Of a stretch of DNA of 42,709 bases, positions 37,956 to 42,709 are shown piece after piece. The position numbers and the translations under genes were made by a program. The stretch comes from a virus. Its lineage: Duplodnaviria > Caudoviricetes. The DNA lies in the IMG/VR virus record IMGVR_UViG_3300030106_002427, positions 1-42,709 of that record. One strand, given 5' to 3'. A model generated the notes under the pieces. It had not been told where the DNA came from. It saw only the letters and a list, made by a program, of their open reading frames with translations, and made no database searches. Each line of letters starts with the position of its first letter. Position 1 is the stretch's first letter.

Positions 37956-39659
37956 TTAATACCTCACGTTTGTTGATGAAGAAGTGCTTCTATTTATTTC
38001 AGCACTTACCATTCTTCCTACCTTCTTTGCTATATCTCTTAACTCTGAATCTGATGCTCCTAAACGACCATTAACATGAACATGAATCGTATTACCGCCA
38101 GCCATTTTTCTACTTTGTGAATTAGAATGAACTCTCGAACCTCTCGGTAAATTAACCAACTCTGGTCCTCTTTCTCCTACAACGGCTAAACCACCAGATG
38201 ATACCCCACCATTTGCGAAGAAAGGTAATTTAAAATTCCTAATGAAAGTAAACAAAGGAGTAAAGAAATTTAAAACGCTAGTTAATATTTCACCTATTTT
38301 TGCTTTAATTTTATCTTTTAGTTCTATAATTGCTTCTATTATTCCTACTACTACCTGTCCTATGGGTGTTAATACATGTTTTACCAATAAACCTAATAAA
38401 AACATAAGTAAATCATATGCGGCCTTTATCGTTAAACCAAATAATAGTTTTCCAACGCCTAATAATATAGCGCCTAATCCACCGAAAACACCTGCAAGGA
38501 CTTTAGCCATACCTTCTAGCAACATCATAAATCTTTTTTGAATTGGCTCCGAACCGAAGAAAGCCGAAAATATTAACATAAATCCCTCGACCACCATAAA
38601 TACAGCAGACATCACATTTGCTATTGTGTCCATAACAACTTGCATTGCTTCTGCATTTGACATTATCTTTTTAATTATCTCAAATATAATAAAAGCACCC
38701 ATTAAGAATAATACAAACATTATAGAATATTTAAGGGCAAGACCAGCAACTTTACCAATTTTAGACATAGCACCTAAAGTTAATTTATCTCTTATCTTGG
38801 CTAAATTTTCCTTAAAACTTTCTCTTTTATCATACAATTTTACAAATGGGTCGAATACTCCTTTCATACCCTCAGCAAAAGCCGTAATGCCTGTACCACC
38901 TAACTCACCTAATTTTGCTTGAGAGCCAGCCTGTGCCGCTTCCAATGCTCTAACATTTGTTTGTCTACGTCTAAATAATGGGTCAGACCCACCAGTTCGT
39001 CTAAGTAATTTTTTCGCTTGTTTTAAATCTGCTTTAATCTGTCTTGCTCTTTTGAGTTCTTCTATTTTTTCTTCTTCTTTTATTGCTTTTTCTACTAGTT
39101 TATTTCTTTTATCTAGTAATTTTTGCATCTGTTTTCCTTGATATTCATAAATTTTAAGAGTTCTTTCTACGGCCCTTTTTTGAGCATCTTCTTCACTAAA
39201 ATCCTTTAATGCCCCTTGACTTGCTTTAACCGCTTCAGCCATAGAATCCATTTGTAATTTTAATTCAAGATTATCTTTAATTGCTTCTTTAAACCCAGTT
39301 CCGTTGTCTAAAATACCCTGTAATTCTTTAGTTTTTTGATTAACAGTTACATATTCTTCACTTAATGCCGCTAAAGATTTCATACTTTCATTCTGTGATT
39401 CTATTGCTTTAGCCTGTGCATCTTTATAAAAAGTTAAAAGTTGTATTCCACCTCTAAGATAGTTTTGTAATTTCCAAAGACCTGTACCTGATAATAACCT
39501 ACTAGCGGCTGTCCATACTTTACTTTCATTTGCTACAACCCCAATTGATTTAGCCAGCCCCTCTGTTGCCTGAGCAAGAGTATCTGCGGTATCGGATATT
39601 GAGAACATTTGGTTTTCTAAGCGCATTAACTCTTTTGCTATTCTCTTTGCTTCCGACAT
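37956..39659 (-). CDS. Tail tape measure protein
   Basis: Helical N-terminus, long hydrophobic/amphipathic segment, FANGGV...AVVGERGPELV motif; follows tail chaperone. Confidence 0.9.
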   Translation of the reverse strand: MSEAKRIAKELMRLENQMFSISDTADTLAQATEGLAKSIGVVANESKVWTAASRLLSGTGLWKLQNYLRGGIQLLTFYKDAQAKAIESQNESMKSLAALSEEYVTVNQKTKELQGILDNGTGFKEAIKDNLELKLQMDSMAEAVKASQGALKDFSEEDAQKRAVERTLKIYEYQGKQMQKLLDKRNKLVEKAIKEEEKIEELKRARQIKADLKQAKKLLRRTGGSDPLFRRRQTNVRALEAAQAGSQAKLGELGGTGITAFAEGMKGVFDPFVKLYDKRESFKENLAKIRDKLTLGAMSKIGKVAGLALKYSIMFVLFLMGAFIIFEIIKKIMSNAEAMQVVMDTIANVMSAVFMVVEGFMLIFSAFFGSEPIQKRFMMLLEGMAKVLAGVFGGLGAILLGVGKLLFGLTIKAAYDLLMFLLGLLVKHVLTPIGQVVVGIIEAIIELKDKIKAKIGEILTSVLNFFTPLFTFIRNFKLPFFANGGVSSGGLAVVGERGPELVNLPRGSRVHSNSQSRKMAGGNTIHVHVNGRLGASDSELRDIAKKVGRMVSAEINRSTSSSTNVRY

Positions 39660-39663
39660 ATTA

Positions 39664-39885
39664 TCACCTATTGTTCTTCTTTATTTGTTTGTCCATTTCT
39701 TCCGCTTTATACTGTTCCACTTCGCCATGAACCATTAACATATCTCTAACTAAAGAGGCTGGCATTTGATAAACCTCTAATGGGCTTATTGCTAAAGCCT
39801 TAGAAAGACTGTAAACTGTTATCAGAGATACAACCCGAGGATTAGCAGACTTTCCTCTTATTGCGGCTCTGACTTCTCGTTTTTT
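39664..39885 (-). CDS. -1 frameshift extension of tail assembly chaperone (gpGT-like)
   Basis: Slippery heptamer A AAA AAC at 39885-39879; -1 frame open as REVRAAIRG...LAISPLEVYQMP...KKNNR* ending 4 nt before the tape measure ATG. Confidence 0.8.
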   Translation of the reverse strand, partial: KKREVRAAIRGKSANPRVVSLITVYSLSKALAISPLEVYQMPASLVRDMLMVHGEVEQYKAEEMDKQIKKNNR

Positions 39886-40244
39886 GTATCATCCCCCATA
39901 AAATCTTGAAGGGGATTTGGAAGTATATCTTTTAATTGATTTCCTAAGTATGGACTTAATCTAATTAAGTCTACTTTAGATAAACTGGGTTCAGTTTTCT
40001 CTATAAAGTTATCAATCATATAATGGTATAAATTATTTAAATCTATATCCATTTCCTGAGTACGGGAATTAACTTTCATAACAGAAGCCATTGCCGCTTC
40101 TACTTGCATCCAAGTTGGTTCCTTTACCCATATTTTTAGATGTTCGTCACTATTCTCAGCAATTTTGAGATAGTACAATTTCGGTTCGTTTGCCGCAAAC
40201 AGCAAACTTTTATCACTAACAATTTTTTTATTTTCGTTTAACAT
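39858..40244 (-). CDS. Tail assembly chaperone (gpG-like)
   Basis: Between tail tube and tape measure; GGTGG SD before ATG 40244; slippery site near 3' end. Confidence 0.8.
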   Translation of the reverse strand: MLNENKKIVSDKSLLFAANEPKLYYLKIAENSDEHLKIWVKEPTWMQVEAAMASVMKVNSRTQEMDIDLNNLYHYMIDNFIEKTEPSLSKVDLIRLSPYLGNQLKDILPNPLQDFMGDDTKNEKSEPQ

Positions 40245-40303
40245 TTTTATCCACCTTATTTTTTTACCAACATACAAACAAACGGTGTTGGTGGAATATG
40301 ATA

Positions 40304-40420
40304 TTATTCAGTAGTTTCTGGAGTTTCTTCCTTAACTACCTCCTTTTTCTTTTGGCGTTTTTTAGCCTTTGATTTTTTTAATTGTTTTCTGTAAAGTTCT
40401 CTTTTAGCCCATTTTTCCAT
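40304..40420 (-). CDS. Small Lys/Arg-rich protein, 38 aa
   Basis: MEKWAKRELYRKQLKKSKAKKRQKKKEVVKEETPETTE*; GGTGA SD. Confidence 0.55.
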   Translation of the reverse strand: MEKWAKRELYRKQLKKSKAKKRQKKKEVVKEETPETTE

Positions 40421-40425
40421 CTAAA

Positions 40426-42090
40426 TCACCCCTGTAAAATCCAGTGTGTTTTAACAGTACAAGTATCAAGTTGTCTAGGCATTACTGTAGCCTCAATAGT
40501 AATTGGGCCTTTATCGTCAGGAATAGTTACATTAGAACTACTTAAGAAATAATCTTTTAATTTAATTATTATTTGTTCGTTCACAGTTCCGTTAGGTGCA
40601 AGTTTATCAAATTGTAAATCTATTGTACTTGTTCCTGAAGCAACTTCTGTTTCTGTAAATAACTCTTCGAATAACTTATCATCAGTTACCATAGCAGTAA
40701 AAGTTAATTCATATGTTCTTTGAGCAGGTATTCCAGATTTAACATCTTTATTACCAATCCCTACAAACCTTTTATCTTGTAAATTATTATTAATGGTTAA
40801 AGTCATATTAGTTATTTTAAGGAATGTCTGTCCAAATATACTAAAAGAACCTGTTGAGAAAAAGAAAGGTTCTAAAGATTCTTCTCCTGTAGCCGCTAAA
40901 GTATTAGCACCACTTCCAAAGTTGAATAAAGTTGTAGCGGTTAAACTTGAGTTGCCCCCTCTCGCTTGATATGCTTCTGCTTGTTTTAATTTATTAACAG
41001 CCCTAGTGTTTAAATCCATAGTAAATTTAACTTCTTCATTTTCATTAGCCGTCATAGTTAATGTGTTAACTCTATTACCTCTAGCGATTCTTACAAAGTT
41101 ATGAGATTCACTAGCACTATCTGTTTCTGTATTATAGGTATTAGTAGATTCTAATTTACTTAATGTTTGTTCTAGTGCGAAAGAAGGTAAATCTTCTGTA
41201 TTTAATTCAGCAAAAGTATATTGAATTGGATTAGTTAAAACCCCACTAGCATTATATTCAGGTAAAGTTAATAAAGCCATATTTAATTTATCTGTACCAT
41301 CACTTGTTAATACTGGTGGTAATAAGAAAGCCGAATCTGTTGCCGTTCTATAAAATATAGGTCCAGTAGAAGTATGAGCAGTTAAATTATCGCTGAATGA
41401 TTTAGTACCCGCTGTTGCTCCTATGTCTAAATAATGAACATTATTAGTGTGGGCTGAATAGTTATCTGTAGGGTCTGTTGATGTAGAACCAGTAAAGGTA
41501 GCATTAACTGTAGTACATTGTCCTAAAGCATAGTAAAGCCAAGTTGCATGGTTAGCAACAACATTTATATTACCACCACTAGCAGTTCTTATTCCTTTAT
41601 ATTGATGAGTGAAGTTTCTACTTCCTCCTAATTGTATATTCATTTGTTTCATTTCTTGCTCTACATTAGGGAATGAGGCAGATTCAACTAATCCTAACCA
41701 GTTATCAGCATTTAACCTAGCAATAGAACCAGTTTTTTGTGTAGGACTAGGAGCGCCATAACTTCTAATAACTGCAAAATCAGTCGCATCCTGAAATGCG
41801 CCGTCCAAATCCGCTAAAACAGCCGCAGGTGAAATAGTAAAAGCAGTTTCACTATTAGCAGTAATAACATGAGAAGAAACTGGAACTGTTATTGAGCCAC
41901 TAGCATTGTATAAATCAAGTACACAACCAACGTACAAATTTTGTACCATTCTTACGTTATCTGTCCAAGTAGCATCACATACTAAATTAGTAGTTGTACT
42001 ACTACTATCTAATACGATTTGTAAATCTACTTCTGGAACAAATGTTAAACTTGCTCCACTTCCTAAAAATATATCTGTATTTACTGCCAT
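40426..42090 (-). CDS. Major tail tube protein with extra domains
   Basis: LPSFALEQ, RVNTLTMTA, ITNMTLTINNNL, RTYELTF tube-like strands; position before chaperone and tape measure. Confidence 0.75.
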   Translation of the reverse strand: MAVNTDIFLGSGASLTFVPEVDLQIVLDSSSTTTNLVCDATWTDNVRMVQNLYVGCVLDLYNASGSITVPVSSHVITANSETAFTISPAAVLADLDGAFQDATDFAVIRSYGAPSPTQKTGSIARLNADNWLGLVESASFPNVEQEMKQMNIQLGGSRNFTHQYKGIRTASGGNINVVANHATWLYYALGQCTTVNATFTGSTSTDPTDNYSAHTNNVHYLDIGATAGTKSFSDNLTAHTSTGPIFYRTATDSAFLLPPVLTSDGTDKLNMALLTLPEYNASGVLTNPIQYTFAELNTEDLPSFALEQTLSKLESTNTYNTETDSASESHNFVRIARGNRVNTLTMTANENEEVKFTMDLNTRAVNKLKQAEAYQARGGNSSLTATTLFNFGSGANTLAATGEESLEPFFFSTGSFSIFGQTFLKITNMTLTINNNLQDKRFVGIGNKDVKSGIPAQRTYELTFTAMVTDDKLFEELFTETEVASGTSTIDLQFDKLAPNGTVNEQIIIKLKDYFLSSSNVTIPDDKGPITIEATVMPRQLDTCTVKTHWILQG

Positions 42091-42115
42091 GTTTTTTCAC
42101 CTACTTACTTACTTA

Positions 42116-42703
42116 CTATACTGAGATGGCGTACCGTTTCATTGTCACATTTACTTTATAACCCAATAACCGCTTTGCTTTGTTATTAGATTCTGTTCTT
42201 CCTCCTAAAAAAATTTGATGCATTTTCAATGATTCACTTCCAATTGTAACGGTCGCACCCTTCCTCTGTGATTCAAGCGTGTGGCGAAGCGATTTATAAA
42301 GTGATTCCAACCTTTTATGCGCATACATGTTATCTGCGGCTCTAGTATCTCCACCGCTTACAGTTCTAATATGGCAAGTTAAGTTATAAGTTTCATTTCT
42401 AACATCGAAATGAACTGTACCATATTCTATATCTTGTCCATCTTCAAATACCACAATTAAGTCAGAAGAAGTAGCCGCACCAATAGCAGGGCTAGTCTGA
42501 TTTAACAAACTATATTGCCTAGCCTGACCTCTACTAACTTTACCAGTTGTTCCATCTGTTGCTCCACCAGAAGATAAATTACGAATATCTAGTATTGTAG
42601 GTTTAACTCTATGAGCAGATGGTATTCCCAAAGTATTTTGCATAACACTAGAACTAGGCCAGTTATCTCTTAAGAGTTCTACCAAATAAGTTACTTCATC
42701 CAT
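42116..42703 (-). CDS. Tail terminator / completion protein (probable)
   Basis: Position directly upstream of tail tube; size and alpha/beta pattern compatible. Confidence 0.5.
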   Translation of the reverse strand: MDEVTYLVELLRDNWPSSSVMQNTLGIPSAHRVKPTILDIRNLSSGGATDGTTGKVSRGQARQYSLLNQTSPAIGAATSSDLIVVFEDGQDIEYGTVHFDVRNETYNLTCHIRTVSGGDTRAADNMYAHKRLESLYKSLRHTLESQRKGATVTIGSESLKMHQIFLGGRTESNNKAKRLLGYKVNVTMKRYAISV

Positions 42704-42709
42704 TATAAG

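Noticed and set aside
40426-42090. Tail sheath (contractile tail) call for the 554-aa protein
   Set aside because: It has tube-like strands, and no separate tube gene lies between it and the chaperone/tape measure genes; the order fits a non-contractile tail
22235-42124. Short plus-strand ORFs in the tail block (e.g. 26066-26413, 38242-38541, 38626-38922)
   Set aside because: Antisense shadows of long structural genes

Overview
This AT-rich 42.7 kb window is part of a tailed dsDNA virus genome with an archaeal-type replication module. Gene content and GGTGA/GGAGG Shine-Dalgarno motifs fit a virus of marine Euryarchaeota (magrovirus-like, probably infecting Poseidoniales/MGII); the host is inferred, not shown. 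The + strand (1-21264) is a tightly coupled block. It holds a GroEL-like chaperonin C-terminus, PC4-like protein, HNH nuclease, ATP-dependent ligase, degenerate LAGLIDADG protein, RFC large and small subunits, probable SSB, RecA/Sak4-like ATPase and PCNA. It continues with a family-B polymerase split into two genes by a four-gene cassette, a Cas4-like nuclease, fused PriS-PriL primase, XPF nuclease, divergent MCM-like ATPase and DEDD exonuclease. It converges at a UUCG hairpin/T-tract terminator (~21270) with a - strand siphovirus-type tail module: tail terminator, tube, chaperone with an A AAA AAC -1 frameshift site, tape measure, distal tail, an 803-aa LamG-like protein, a 3344-aa hub protein and fibre genes. 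The most interesting signals missing from the ORF track are a 27-aa microprotein made of two tandem PCNA-interacting (PIP) boxes, a 52-aa internally deleted mini-copy of the helicase N-terminus flanked by a 24-bp direct repeat, and a structured intergenic segment upstream of PCNA. All protein calls rest on motif recognition by eye; no searches were run.
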